Assembly (NCBI GenBank): GCA_965248575.1
Contig: CBDFJQ010000002.1
Coordinates: 1 to 64,000 of the forward strand
Source: Planctomycetota bacterium
Lineage (GTDB): Bacteria > Planctomycetota > B15-G4
Length of the DNA: 64,000 nt
Direction: 5' to 3'
How positions within the stretch are numbered: the stretch's first letter is position 1; every line of letters begins with the position of its first letter. A program made the position numbers and the translations under genes. Below, in pieces: positions 45,387 through 55,418 of the stretch. The notes under the pieces are model-generated. The model was not told the DNA's origin, searched no databases, and saw only the letters and a list, made by a program, of their open reading frames with translations.

Positions 45387-47123
45387 ATGGATCCCTCCTC
45401 TTCTGATTCCGATGACCAGGGCCGTCCTGCGGGCAGTCGCCGGCGGGTTCAGGCGGGAGCAGGGTCCGTGGGTGCCCGGGGGGGGCCCAAAAGGGCCCCG
45501 AGCGGCGCCTCGACCAGCGGTACCAAGCCTGTGCCTGCCGTGTCCGTGGGCGTCGATCGGGCGACCGAGCGGCGCCGAGCATCGCTCCGGAGCTGGCGCG
45601 CAGGGCTTCCGTCGTTCCTTGTGTCCGCTCTCTTGCATGGCGCTGCAGGCTGGGCCCTGTGGCATTTCGTCATCCCCCAGCCGGTCGATGTGGCTCCCCC
45701 GACCTTGGTGGCGTCCATGGAAAACGTGGACGATGTTCCGCCGCCAGAGATCGAGCCGCCTCCGCCGGAACCGGAGGAGCCGGAAGATCTCGAGATCTCC
45801 CCTCCCGATGTGGATGCCTTGGTCGTGGATCCTGTGGACGACCCGGATGACCGGCCCTTGTTGCCGGATATCGACCTGCTCGGCCTCGGCGGTTCGTCTC
45901 AAGGGGGGCACGGGTATCGCTCGCGTACCGGAGCCGACTGGGGGACGCCGGCCGGCCTCGGCTCCCTGGGAGATGGCGCCTCGCCCTTCCGCGGCTTCCT
46001 GGAGGATCTTCGGGAGCGCGGGCTGGACGTTGTCTTCGTCATCGACGCCACGGGCAGCATGCAGCGCTTCATCGATGAGGCGCGGGCAGCGATTGACGAC
46101 ATCATCCAGGACCTGGCCACCGTTGTCCCCTCGCTGCGCATCGGCATGGTGGCCTACCGCGACCTGGGCGACGACTGGACGATCCGCCGGGCTGAACTCA
46201 CCACCGATCGCTACCACATCCATACATACCTGCTGGCATTGCGTGCGGCGGGCGGGCGTCGGCTGCTGCCCGACTTCGAGGAGGCGGTGGAGGAAGGCCT
46301 GCGAGTCGCCAGCGAAGAACTGACGTGGCGCGAGAACGCGCGTCGCGTGATCTTGTTGGTGGGCGACGCGCCCTACCACGACGAGGACCAGTCTGCGGCC
46401 TTGGCGACCGTGCGCAGCTTCGGGCGTGGGATGCATTCGCTGGTCAACACCCTCTACGTCAGCGCGGGTGGGATGAACGCTCCCACAGCAAACCAGCAGA
46501 AGGCCTGGGAGGTCTTCCAGCGCATCGCAACGACGGGCAATGGGACGGCCTTCGAGTTGCGGGTGGAAGGGAATGAGGCGCGGAGCGAATTGCGCACGAG
46601 TGTCACCGAAGCTACCTTCGGCCGGGAGTGGTTGGATGAGATCCGTCAGCTCCAGTCGTCGGCGCCTCGGGATGCGCGGCGCGCCTCCGTGGCGCGGCAC
46701 GTGGAACGCAAGGATCGCGAGTGGTTGATCGAGAAGATGGCGCTGCAGCCCATCCATCCCGCCGTGACGGCAGCCTGCCGCGAACTCTTCGATGGGCGCA
46801 TTGCAGCGGCCATGATGAAGCAGTTGGAATCGCCCGGGGTGGACCCCGGTTTGCGCACTGCTGCGCACTATGTGTTGCAGACTTCTATCGCGGGTCTGGC
46901 CGACATCCCCTTTGACGCGTCCCAACCGCTGGCGGGGCAGGAGATCGGCTTGGCTGCCATCCGGCGCGCCGTGCGGGAGGTACCTGGCGCGGAACGCCAC
47001 CTGGACGGCACCGGCGTCGAAGTGGTTGCACCGGAGGCGAGTCCGCCCAAGAAGCCGTTGCCGAAAAAAGCCGCGCCGCCAGCGCCGCCCGGCACGCAGC
47101 CCCCCTCAGGCGGTCCAGGCTAG
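45387..47123 (+). CDS. vWA-domain membrane protein with TonB/TolA-like anchor
   Basis: TM helix containing SALLH; Pro/Glu-rich spacer; MIDAS motif VIDATGSM; also YRD and LVGDAP.H. Confidence 0.85.
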   Translation: MDPSSSDSDDQGRPAGSRRRVQAGAGSVGARGGPKRAPSGASTSGTKPVPAVSVGVDRATERRRASLRSWRAGLPSFLVSALLHGAAGWALWHFVIPQPVDVAPPTLVASMENVDDVPPPEIEPPPPEPEEPEDLEISPPDVDALVVDPVDDPDDRPLLPDIDLLGLGGSSQGGHGYRSRTGADWGTPAGLGSLGDGASPFRGFLEDLRERGLDVVFVIDATGSMQRFIDEARAAIDDIIQDLATVVPSLRIGMVAYRDLGDDWTIRRAELTTDRYHIHTYLLALRAAGGRRLLPDFEEAVEEGLRVASEELTWRENARRVILLVGDAPYHDEDQSAALATVRSFGRGMHSLVNTLYVSAGGMNAPTANQQKAWEVFQRIATTGNGTAFELRVEGNEARSELRTSVTEATFGREWLDEIRQLQSSAPRDARRASVARHVERKDREWLIEKMALQPIHPAVTAACRELFDGRIAAAMMKQLESPGVDPGLRTAAHYVLQTSIAGLADIPFDASQPLAGQEIGLAAIRRAVREVPGAERHLDGTGVEVVAPEASPPKKPLPKKAAPPAPPGTQPPSGGPG

Positions 47124-48637
47124 CGGTCGAGCATGTCCTTCGGGAAACGCTCGGGCCGTGCCGCGGCCCACCCGCGCCACTCTCGCTCCACCTCGTCAGG
47201 GCTGCTGGCGAAGGCGCGAGGCCAGGCCCGCTCATGCATCCTGCGGATGGAGCGGTCGGCATCGGTCTCGGTGTCGTACAGACGCAGGTACTCGCAGAAT
47301 TCCGTGCGATGCCGGTCCATCAGGAAGTCTACGAAGCTCCAGCAGACGCCCACGTCGCGGGAGTCGAAGGACTCAGCGCGGCGTGCGAAGTAGCCCTTGA
47401 GGGAGCTTACGGAGAGCTGCATCTGCTCGTCGCGCAGGTTGTCGCGCCAGGCGGGAAAGTTCTCCCAGCCCGGGACCCAGAGGCTGGTGGGCACGTCTTC
47501 TGCGATCGTGCTGTTGGACGTGATCGTGACCGTGGCGTAGTAGTTTGTAACGCCCTCGTAGAGTGCCGCCAGCCCGGCCTTGGCCCAGCCCGGCGCGTCG
47601 CGCTGCCCCTTGACCCGTTCCACGAGCAACTCGGCAAGCTGATGGGTCAGGATGCCCATGCGCGTCTCCTTGCGGTCGCCCTGCGCTTCGAGGTAATTGC
47701 CTTCGACGAGCACCAGCACCGGGCGGGGCCATTGGAGGCCATAGGAGTTTCGCCCGATGAAGCTCTCGCCTGCAGCGTCACTGTGGATGAAGCGCTTCGT
47801 GAAGCCGCTCTGGACCATGCGATCGGAAGTCTCGTTGTCCGGTACGACGAAGATCGGAACGTCGTACTTCGTGACGCGCGCCAGCTCGAGTTCATTGAGC
47901 TGCAGGCGCTTGAGGAAGTCGCGCACCAAGGCGTCCAGGTCGTAGATGATGAACTCGACGGTCTCTTCATCGAGGGTCGACGAGAACAGCGTGACGAACT
48001 CCCCGGCGACGGCCTGGGTCTCGTACCCAGCCATTGAGACGAGGTCTTCGAGCGCCAGGCTCGTCTCCGCTTCTCGGCGGGGCACCCAGTCGCCGTGATA
48101 CAGGACGAAGCCCTGGGCCTTCATGACGTCCGCCTCGGGCAGCCACTCGCCCTCATGGAAGAGCAGGCCTTGGGCCATCTTCTCCGCTGCGACGCGCTCG
48201 AGGTAGGCGTCCACCTCGTCCGGCTCGAGCCAGACGCCGTCCACCTCCACGCGACCCAGCTTCTCCTGCGCCCTGCGGTGCTTGGGGTCGGCAGCCACGA
48301 CCTCACGAAGCAAGGCCTTGGATTCGCGGCGCAGGTCGTGCTCTTCGGCCCACAGGGCCAGCTGGAAGAGGGCCGGGGCGTCATCGTCCTTGAGCTTGGC
48401 GCGCTGCTGGGCGAGCTCCTGGACGGGGGTCAGCTTCTCCTCGATGCGGGAAATCTTCGACATGGCCACCGTGATGGTGCCGAAGGATGTGTCCACCTTC
48501 ACCTCCGTGGCCGTGCGTTCCACGATGGTGCCCTCCAGCTTGCGCCCGTCCTTGTAGTGGATGATGTCAGCAGCTAGGAGCGGCGAAAGGCAGGCGAGAC
48601 AAGCCAGCGCCCGGGCAACGTCTCGGAGTGATCTCAT
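47120..48637 (-). CDS. Secreted protein with DUF1570/peptidase-MA-like domain, metal site degenerate
   Basis: Signal peptide; D.I..KDGR.LEG.I module; LALWA..H.L; DP.H..A...LG....DG.W; THQLAE...PGWAKAGLA..YE; WSFV.FL. Confidence 0.7.
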   Translation of the reverse strand: MRSLRDVARALACLACLSPLLAADIIHYKDGRKLEGTIVERTATEVKVDTSFGTITVAMSKISRIEEKLTPVQELAQQRAKLKDDDAPALFQLALWAEEHDLRRESKALLREVVAADPKHRRAQEKLGRVEVDGVWLEPDEVDAYLERVAAEKMAQGLLFHEGEWLPEADVMKAQGFVLYHGDWVPRREAETSLALEDLVSMAGYETQAVAGEFVTLFSSTLDEETVEFIIYDLDALVRDFLKRLQLNELELARVTKYDVPIFVVPDNETSDRMVQSGFTKRFIHSDAAGESFIGRNSYGLQWPRPVLVLVEGNYLEAQGDRKETRMGILTHQLAELLVERVKGQRDAPGWAKAGLAALYEGVTNYYATVTITSNSTIAEDVPTSLWVPGWENFPAWRDNLRDEQMQLSVSSLKGYFARRAESFDSRDVGVCWSFVDFLMDRHRTEFCEYLRLYDTETDADRSIRRMHERAWPRAFASSPDEVEREWRGWAAARPERFPKDMLDR

Positions 48638-48694
48638 GGATGCTTCCCCTGAATTGTTCCTATCCAACGTTTCAGTCGTATCGTTGTTGGACGC

Positions 48695-51600
48695 ATGAGT
48701 CACCCCAAACTGCCCCGCGTCGGTCCCTATCATCTGTTGGCCCCCCTCGAGGGGGCAACTGGTCGTCTGTGGCAGGCTCGCGACGCTCAGGGTCGGCAGC
48801 TCGTGCTGAAGCAGCATCGGCCTGGTTCCGCAGAGACCCAAGGCCTCGCGGAATGCCGCTTGCTCGGGTTCGAACATCCGGGAGTTGCCACCTGCGTCGA
48901 TGCGGGACGGCACCCCACCACGGGTGAATTGTACACCGTGACCGAGCGGGTCCGAGGGCTGCCCTTGTCTCCTGGGTCCGTCGGGGCGGCGAGCCTTGGG
49001 CTTGCGGAACCGGGGGCGCGGCGCCCATGGGTTGCACGGCTGCTGTCGGCGGTGGGGGCGATTCATGCTGCAGGTTTGCTGCACCGGGATCTGAAGGACG
49101 CCAACATCCTGTTGGAAGGCTTGGCAGGCGGCGCAGGCAAACCGGTCGAAGGGCGGCTGGTTGTGATCGACTTCGGCTTGGCCTGCCTGGAGCGCGACGC
49201 GGCGGAGCAGGTGTTGGCGGGGACGCCCTACAGCATGGCGCCCGAACTGTTCATAGGAGGGCAGCCGAGTCGCGCCAGCGACCTGTGGGCCGTGGGCCTC
49301 GTCTTGGCGGAGGCGTTCCTTGGCAGAAGGCTGTTCATGGGGCGGGAGCCCGGGGAGATGGCGGCGGAGCGTGCCGCGTTCCAGGGACTGGGAGACGAGG
49401 ACGCTGCTCGCCTTCAGGACCCTCACCTGGTGGCTCTCCTGGATCGGCTGCTCCACGCGGACCCCCTGCAGCGACCGGAGAGCGCGGAGGCTGCACGGGC
49501 TGCGCTGCCCTGGGACGGCACCCCGGGTGCTGGTGCCGCAGACCTGAAGGCGCGGTTGTGCGCCGTGCTCGCTGGCAGAGACCCTTGTCGGCTACGTCGG
49601 TTGGACGCACTGAAGGCGGGAAGTCAGTTCGTTCACCTCGCACCCGAGCGCAGCTTCGACCTGGATGCGGCGCACCGGATCCTGGTGGAGCATGCAACCG
49701 GGTTGACCTCACCGACCGAAGTACTTCGCGTTCGCTTGGAACAGGGCAGTTCCTTTCCGGCCAGCAAGGACGAGGTCAGCCTCTTCGTTCGTGAACTCTC
49801 GATCCTTCATCCGCTCGTGGTGGGGTGGGCACCCTTGCCCGAGGATGCCAGCGAAGAAATCGCGTTGCGGAGGACCATCGCCGCCCTGCCTCGTGTCACC
49901 ACCTTCGAGGAGCCGGCGCCGACCGCCGAGCAAGCCTGCGCGGTGGTGCGCGAGTGGCTCGGCGAACGTCCCTTGCTGGAGAGCCGCTTGCGGGATGCGA
50001 CGCCCGGACGCTGGGGCGAGCTGAAGTGGGCTCTCGCGGAGTTGCTCCGGGATGGAGTTGTAGGACTCGATGCGAAGGGAGTGACGTACGACGAGAGCCG
50101 TCTGCCCCCTGAGTGGCCGCTGTCCGGTGGGGCGGACCCTGCCCAGGACCTGCCTCCAGGACAGGTCGAGCTGCTGAACCTCTTGGCGTTGAGCCCGTGG
50201 CCTCTGGCAGCCAGCGCCTTGGAGAGCCTGGCCTCAGCCACAGCGGGCCCGATCATCTCTGCGGCCTTGAAAGCGCTCGTTGAACAGGGCTTGCTGCGGG
50301 TGGTGGTCGCCCACGAGCGGGTGCACTACGAGGTAGCGGACGGGAGGCTGCGACGGCAACTGCTCGCACACACCTCCGTGCCGGTCGCGCAACGTGCGGC
50401 CCTCACGCTTCACCTCGCCGGCGCTGAAGCGGCTTCGCAATCGTCTCGCGCGGAGGCGGGGACGGCTTCCGAGCACGGCGGGCAGTTGTCCGACGAGATG
50501 GCCTCAGCTGTGGCGGATGTCCTGGGAGACGAAGCGGGGGAGGGGGAGTCGGCGGGGCTTGCGGATCTCATCTTGCGCGCGGCGGTCGTCTTTCGTGGGC
50601 GCGGCCGGTTCGCGCGAGCCAGCGCCTTGCTGCGTCGTGGGTTGGCGGGACATCGCCGGCGCGGACGCGCGCGCTCTGCGTTGCATCGGGAGTTGGTGGA
50701 GGTGCTCACGCGCGCCACGCAGATGGAGGAAGCCCAGGCGGCCCTCGACGAGGCGTGCGCTGAAGACCCCGAGGGGTGGATGCTCGTCGTGGCTCAAGCA
50801 CGGGTGTTGGAGGTCGCAGGCCGTGTTGAAGAAGGACTCGGCCTGCTGACGGACATGGATGTCTCTGGCCTTGAAGGTGAAGAGGCCGCCTTGAGCTTGC
50901 AGTTGCGAAGCGACCTCCTGCGCCGTTCCGGGAAGTTCGAAGAGGCCGCCCGGGACCTGCGGGATGCGCTGCGCTGTCTGGGTGACGTCACGACCTTGCG
51001 CACCTTCACCTTGCTGCTGCGCTTGGGGACCCTGGAATTCCGTTTGGGGCGCCCCTCGGAGGCCATTCGTTATCACGAACGCTGCCTGGAGATGATCTCC
51101 ACGCTGCAGCTCGAAGTGCACCGTTGGAATGTGACCTTCAACTTGGGGCGCGCGCTCTGGAGTCGCGGCGAGCGGCGCCGCGGTCTCGCGCTCCAAGAGG
51201 AGTCTGTCAGGTTGTGCGAGGCCTATGGGCAGAACTACGGTTTGGTCACAGTGTCCTTTGGAGCGGGGACGGCAAACCTGTTGCTGGGACGGTTGGATGC
51301 TGCCCGTCGCCTGTTCGACCGCGCTCTGCGCCTGGCGCGCAGCATGAAGGACGATGCGCAGATCGCGCGGGCGTTGAACAACCTGGGCATGGCACTCTCC
51401 GCCGAGGGGCGCCGCGAGGAGGCGGAAGCGTCCTTCGCGGAGAGCCTCGCTCTGCGCGAGGCCCTGGGTGATGTGGTGGGGCAGGCTGCGGTGGTCTTGG
51501 CGCGCGGTCCACGACGTTTGCAGTCGGATGACCGGGTGGGGGCGGCAGAGGACCTTGCACGGGCGCGATCCCTGGCCGAGCGCGTCGATGGGCGCGGGTG

Positions 51601-53830
51601 GGCTGCCGAGGCCGAGTTGTTGAATGCCCGATTGTGCCTGGCGGAAGGCCGCCAAGCCGAGGCCCGGGCCAGCGCCGAGAGCGCCTTGGAAGCTGCCACC
51701 GAACGGGCCTTGGATCAGCAGCGCCTGGAGGCTTTGGAGCTCCTGGCCTTGACCGGCGGCTGTGATCTCGAAGATCAGGACTTCGCCGGCTTCGATCGCT
51801 CTCCTGAGGTGGCCAGCCTGGCCGCGGTTCGGGCGGGGCTACGGCGGGCTTCGGGGCGCACCGACGAGGCGCTCAGCGATCTGGACCTCGCCCTGTCGAT
51901 CCTCGGTGAAACGCCTTCGGGGCCCGTGGAGGCTGGGGTCCTCCTGGCTCGTGCGGAGCTCGACCTCGCACGACTTGAAGCCTTGCAAGAGAATGAGGAC
52001 CCGGATTACGCCATCATCGGGGAGCTCGTCTCGCGTGCCGTTCCGGACGTGGAGCGGGCCCGAGAGCTTGTGGATCGCTTTGATCTGAAACCCCTCGAAG
52101 AGTCACTGGTTCGATTGGAGCAGGGCATCGCCAGCATGGACGACAGCACGGAAAGCCGTGGACTTGGGGCGTTGGCACGACGCCTGCGGGACTTCGAACG
52201 TCTCGTGGAGATCAACAAGCTTCTCACCACCGAGAAGGACACCCAGAAGCTGCTCAACCTGATCGTGGACAGCGCCATCGACCTCACGGGCGCCGCGCGC
52301 GGGTTCATCATCCTCTTCGAAGGCAAGGCCGAGGAGTTCCGCGCAGCACGGAACATCGATGAGAGCACCATCCGCGATCCGCAGTTCCAAGTGAGCCACT
52401 CGGTGGCGCGGCAGGTCGCTCGTGAGGGGAAACCCATCCTGACCGAGAACGCCATTGACGACCCTCGGCTGGCCAGCGCGAGCAGCATCAGCGAACTGAA
52501 GTTGCTGTCGATCCTCTGTGTGCCCCTGCGTTCCCGTGACAAGGTGCTGGGTGCCTTGTATCTCGACCACCCTCAGGTGGTGTCGCGCTTCGAAGGGAGC
52601 CACCTCGCCACGGTGACGTCGCTGTCAGAGCAGGCTGCCATCGCCGTTGAGAACTCGCGCTTGAGTCAGGGACTCGAAGAATCCAATCGCGAGCTGCAGC
52701 ATAGCCAGGAGGAGGTGGGGCGCCTCAACGAAGCGCTGCAGGAGCGACTCGACAAGCGGGAGGCTGAGCTGGAGGAGACGCTCGTCTCCCTTGAGCACAG
52801 CCAACGCGCCCTGGCGCTGCGCTACGACTACGGGAACATCGTGACCCAGAGTGCGCGGATGCACGCGGTGCTCGACATGATGGACCGTGTGACGGACACG
52901 GACTTTGCCGTAGTCATCTACGGTGAGAGCGGCACGGGCAAGGAGCTCATGGCGCGCGCCATCCATTTCAACGGCTCGCGCCGCAGCAAGAACTTCATGA
53001 CGCTCAACTGCGCGGCCTTGCCCGAGAACCTCATCGAGAGCGAGCTGTTCGGCCATGTGCGCGGTTCGTTCACGGGTGCCGAGCGGGACCGTGAAGGTCT
53101 CTTCGCGCGCGCTGATGGCGGCACCTTGTTCCTGGATGAGATCGGGGACATGAGTCTGGATGTCCAGAAACGACTGCTGCGTGTGTTGCAGGAAGGTGAG
53201 TTCATTCCCGTAGGTGGGCGCGACGTCCGAAAAGTCGACGTGCGCATCCTGTGTGCAACACACCGCAATCTCACCTCCATGACGGATGCCGGAACTTTTC
53301 GCGACGACCTGCTCTATCGCCTGGACGTGGCCCGGATCGAGCTGCCGCCGTTGCGGGAACGGCCTGAGGACATCGCCCTGTTGGTGCCGCACTTCCTCGA
53401 GCGCCACGGCGCCCAGAACATCAGCTTGGATGCTGAGGGCCTGGCGATCCTCGAACGCCGCCCGTGGCCGGGCAACGTGCGCGAACTCGAGAACTTCGTC
53501 ATGACCATGCTGCTCTTCGGTCGGGATCACTCCCGGATCAATGCGGACATCGTCCGGCGGGCCATCCGGGTGCGGGAGGCCGATGCTGATCTGGGGCCCT
53601 TGGCGGGTGGCGAGACAGGCTCCGTTGGCGGTGCCGGCGGCTCCGGGCTGGGTGGGACAGGGGCTGATGGGTCCGAGGATGGCCCTCTCAAGGCCCGACT
53701 GGAAGAATTCGAGAGGGCTGCCATCCGCGCGGCCCTGGCATCCGCGGATGGCAATAAGTCCCAAGCTGCCAGGGACTTGGGAGTGAGCGTCAGGAGCCTC
53801 TACAAGATGATCGAGCGTCTCGGGCTCTAA
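48695..53830 (+). CDS. Ser/Thr kinase-TPR-GAF-sigma54-dependent transcriptional activator with Fis HTH
   Basis: Kinase motifs HRDLKDAN, DFG, GT...MAPE and SDLW; TPR (ALNNLG); GAF (SILCVPL..GALYLD); AAA+ motifs GESGTGKE, ESELFGH.RGSFTGA, FLDEIG and WPGNVREL; HTH GNKSQAAR.LG. Confidence 0.93.
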   Translation: MSHPKLPRVGPYHLLAPLEGATGRLWQARDAQGRQLVLKQHRPGSAETQGLAECRLLGFEHPGVATCVDAGRHPTTGELYTVTERVRGLPLSPGSVGAASLGLAEPGARRPWVARLLSAVGAIHAAGLLHRDLKDANILLEGLAGGAGKPVEGRLVVIDFGLACLERDAAEQVLAGTPYSMAPELFIGGQPSRASDLWAVGLVLAEAFLGRRLFMGREPGEMAAERAAFQGLGDEDAARLQDPHLVALLDRLLHADPLQRPESAEAARAALPWDGTPGAGAADLKARLCAVLAGRDPCRLRRLDALKAGSQFVHLAPERSFDLDAAHRILVEHATGLTSPTEVLRVRLEQGSSFPASKDEVSLFVRELSILHPLVVGWAPLPEDASEEIALRRTIAALPRVTTFEEPAPTAEQACAVVREWLGERPLLESRLRDATPGRWGELKWALAELLRDGVVGLDAKGVTYDESRLPPEWPLSGGADPAQDLPPGQVELLNLLALSPWPLAASALESLASATAGPIISAALKALVEQGLLRVVVAHERVHYEVADGRLRRQLLAHTSVPVAQRAALTLHLAGAEAASQSSRAEAGTASEHGGQLSDEMASAVADVLGDEAGEGESAGLADLILRAAVVFRGRGRFARASALLRRGLAGHRRRGRARSALHRELVEVLTRATQMEEAQAALDEACAEDPEGWMLVVAQARVLEVAGRVEEGLGLLTDMDVSGLEGEEAALSLQLRSDLLRRSGKFEEAARDLRDALRCLGDVTTLRTFTLLLRLGTLEFRLGRPSEAIRYHERCLEMISTLQLEVHRWNVTFNLGRALWSRGERRRGLALQEESVRLCEAYGQNYGLVTVSFGAGTANLLLGRLDAARRLFDRALRLARSMKDDAQIARALNNLGMALSAEGRREEAEASFAESLALREALGDVVGQAAVVLARGPRRLQSDDRVGAAEDLARARSLAERVDGRGWAAEAELLNARLCLAEGRQAEARASAESALEAATERALDQQRLEALELLALTGGCDLEDQDFAGFDRSPEVASLAAVRAGLRRASGRTDEALSDLDLALSILGETPSGPVEAGVLLARAELDLARLEALQENEDPDYAIIGELVSRAVPDVERARELVDRFDLKPLEESLVRLEQGIASMDDSTESRGLGALARRLRDFERLVEINKLLTTEKDTQKLLNLIVDSAIDLTGAARGFIILFEGKAEEFRAARNIDESTIRDPQFQVSHSVARQVAREGKPILTENAIDDPRLASASSISELKLLSILCVPLRSRDKVLGALYLDHPQVVSRFEGSHLATVTSLSEQAAIAVENSRLSQGLEESNRELQHSQEEVGRLNEALQERLDKREAELEETLVSLEHSQRALALRYDYGNIVTQSARMHAVLDMMDRVTDTDFAVVIYGESGTGKELMARAIHFNGSRRSKNFMTLNCAALPENLIESELFGHVRGSFTGAERDREGLFARADGGTLFLDEIGDMSLDVQKRLLRVLQEGEFIPVGGRDVRKVDVRILCATHRNLTSMTDAGTFRDDLLYRLDVARIELPPLRERPEDIALLVPHFLERHGAQNISLDAEGLAILERRPWPGNVRELENFVMTMLLFGRDHSRINADIVRRAIRVREADADLGPLAGGETGSVGGAGGSGLGGTGADGSEDGPLKARLEEFERAAIRAALASADGNKSQAARDLGVSVRSLYKMIERLGL

Positions 53831-53934
53831 TCGGGGCCATCGCAGACCAGGGGCTCACGAGGTCGGGAATCGAGGTATACTCCGGCCGGTTGTAAGGCCC
53901 TCCCCTCACTTGTCTTGTCACCCGTCAAATCCTC

Positions 53935-54675
53935 ATGACGCGTCGCCCAACCCTGTCCCGCTGGTTGTTGCCTGCCGCCCTGTTGTTGGCGGTGCTGGGC
54001 CTCCCGGCCTCGGGCTCCGTTGGCAGCTCGACGCTCAACTATTACGCCAACTTCAATGATGCCGCGGCGCAGGGGCCCGGTAACAAGACCTGGAAGGCAT
54101 ACGGAGGCGCGGTCAGCGTCGATGGCCCGCAAGACGTGTTCCAGGTCGTCTTTCCCACGCCGCAAGACGGCGAGATGGAGATTCAGCCCAACCCCTTCGG
54201 CAGCGACTCGGAGCTGAGCTTCGAGTTGGACATGCCGGTCATCGCGCCCCTCTGCGATGTCGGCTTTGCCCTCACGGCAACCAGCGGTGTCTTCAGCGAC
54301 TTCGATGTGCGCTTCGACGATGTGGGGGACATCGGTGTGCTCGATATGCAGTTCACCGAAGAAGGCACGGTACGGGTCGATGGACAAGAGATCCTACTGC
54401 CGCTGCTGGGCGGTGAGGTGGAACTCTACGTGAACGTCACTCTCGAGACGACGGCCGTCGGCTCGCAGATGTGGAGCATGACGCTCACAGGTCCTTCGGT
54501 CTCAGCGACCGCGTCCGGTTCACTCAACGTGCCGACCCTGACCCTGAACTCCCTGCACTTCATTCGCCGAGCGGGCGAAGTGGGGGCGGTTTGGACGCTG
54601 GACGATGTCCTCGTGACATCCAGCGACCCGAACTCACCGAACTTCGTGCCCGATGGGGCCTTCCGCCCGAAGTAG
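53935..54675 (+). CDS. Secreted beta-rich hypothetical protein
   Basis: Signal peptide; acidic, beta-strand-rich sequence ending W.LDDV.V (jelly-roll-like); TATACT at 53876-53881 upstream. Confidence 0.75.
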   Translation: MTRRPTLSRWLLPAALLLAVLGLPASGSVGSSTLNYYANFNDAAAQGPGNKTWKAYGGAVSVDGPQDVFQVVFPTPQDGEMEIQPNPFGSDSELSFELDMPVIAPLCDVGFALTATSGVFSDFDVRFDDVGDIGVLDMQFTEEGTVRVDGQEILLPLLGGEVELYVNVTLETTAVGSQMWSMTLTGPSVSATASGSLNVPTLTLNSLHFIRRAGEVGAVWTLDDVLVTSSDPNSPNFVPDGAFRPK

Positions 54676-54752
54676 TCGCCGGTTCGTTCCTCAACGTTTC
54701 ATCCTTGGCGACCGTCCCGAGGCGCCATCCCAGGACGAGTGGAGTTCAGCGA

Positions 54753-55373
54753 GTGCGCGTGCTGGTGACGTCCGGCGGGACGCGAGAGGCCATCGACGAT
54801 GTGCGGGTTCTGAGCAATCGCAGCACGGGGCGGCTGGGGGCGTTGCTTGTCGAGGCCCTGCACCGGCGCGGCCACGGTGTCACCCTGCTGCACGGCAGCG
54901 AGGCGTGTCTTCCCGACGCAGCCGTGAGCATGAAGAGCTTCGAGTCCAGTGCCGACTTGTCACAGCTGTTGCAGCAGGAGGTGCCGGGGTGTGATGCGGT
55001 GTTCCAGGCTGCAGCCGTCGCTGACTACCTGCCAGACACCCAAGCGGGGAAGCTGTCGTCGGACGCCGACACGCTGACCCTGCAGCTTCGCCGGGCACCC
55101 AAGCTTGTGGATCGCCTTCGCGCCCTCGCTCCTGAGGCCCTGCTTGTGGGCTTCAAGCTGACGTCGGGGGCGACGGGCGACGAACGCGTCCAAAAGGCCC
55201 AGGATCTCCTGGCGCGTGCGCAGTTGGACGCCGTGTTGGCCAACGATGCCCGGGCCCTGGGTGATCGGGAGCACCAGGCGTTGTTGGTCACGGCTGAAGG
55301 CATCGTCGCGAGCTATGAAGGCAAGGCCGCCATCGCCGAGGGCCTGGCGGACTTTCTTGAGCGGGAGCCGTAG
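54753..55373 (+). CDS. coaB: Phosphopantothenate-cysteine ligase (stand-alone)
   Basis: Motifs VLVTSGGTREAIDDVR.LSN.STG, AAAVADY, GKLSS, LVGFKL and AND; GGAG 8 nt before GTG 54753. Confidence 0.9.
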   Translation: MRVLVTSGGTREAIDDVRVLSNRSTGRLGALLVEALHRRGHGVTLLHGSEACLPDAAVSMKSFESSADLSQLLQQEVPGCDAVFQAAAVADYLPDTQAGKLSSDADTLTLQLRRAPKLVDRLRALAPEALLVGFKLTSGATGDERVQKAQDLLARAQLDAVLANDARALGDREHQALLVTAEGIVASYEGKAAIAEGLADFLEREP

Positions 55374-55418
55374 AGTGATGCCCGCTGTCTCCCATTTCCC
55401 CGATCCGCGAGAGCTGTG

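Noticed and set aside
44745..47000. 751-aa ORF suggesting a large RsmD fusion
   Set aside because: The extension is the antisense shadow of the vWA gene; RsmD homology starts at ATG 45302.
53831..53934. Possible sigma54 promoter for the secreted gene downstream of the activator
   Set aside because: No TGGCAC-N5-TTGC match is visible; only a sigma70-like TATACT.
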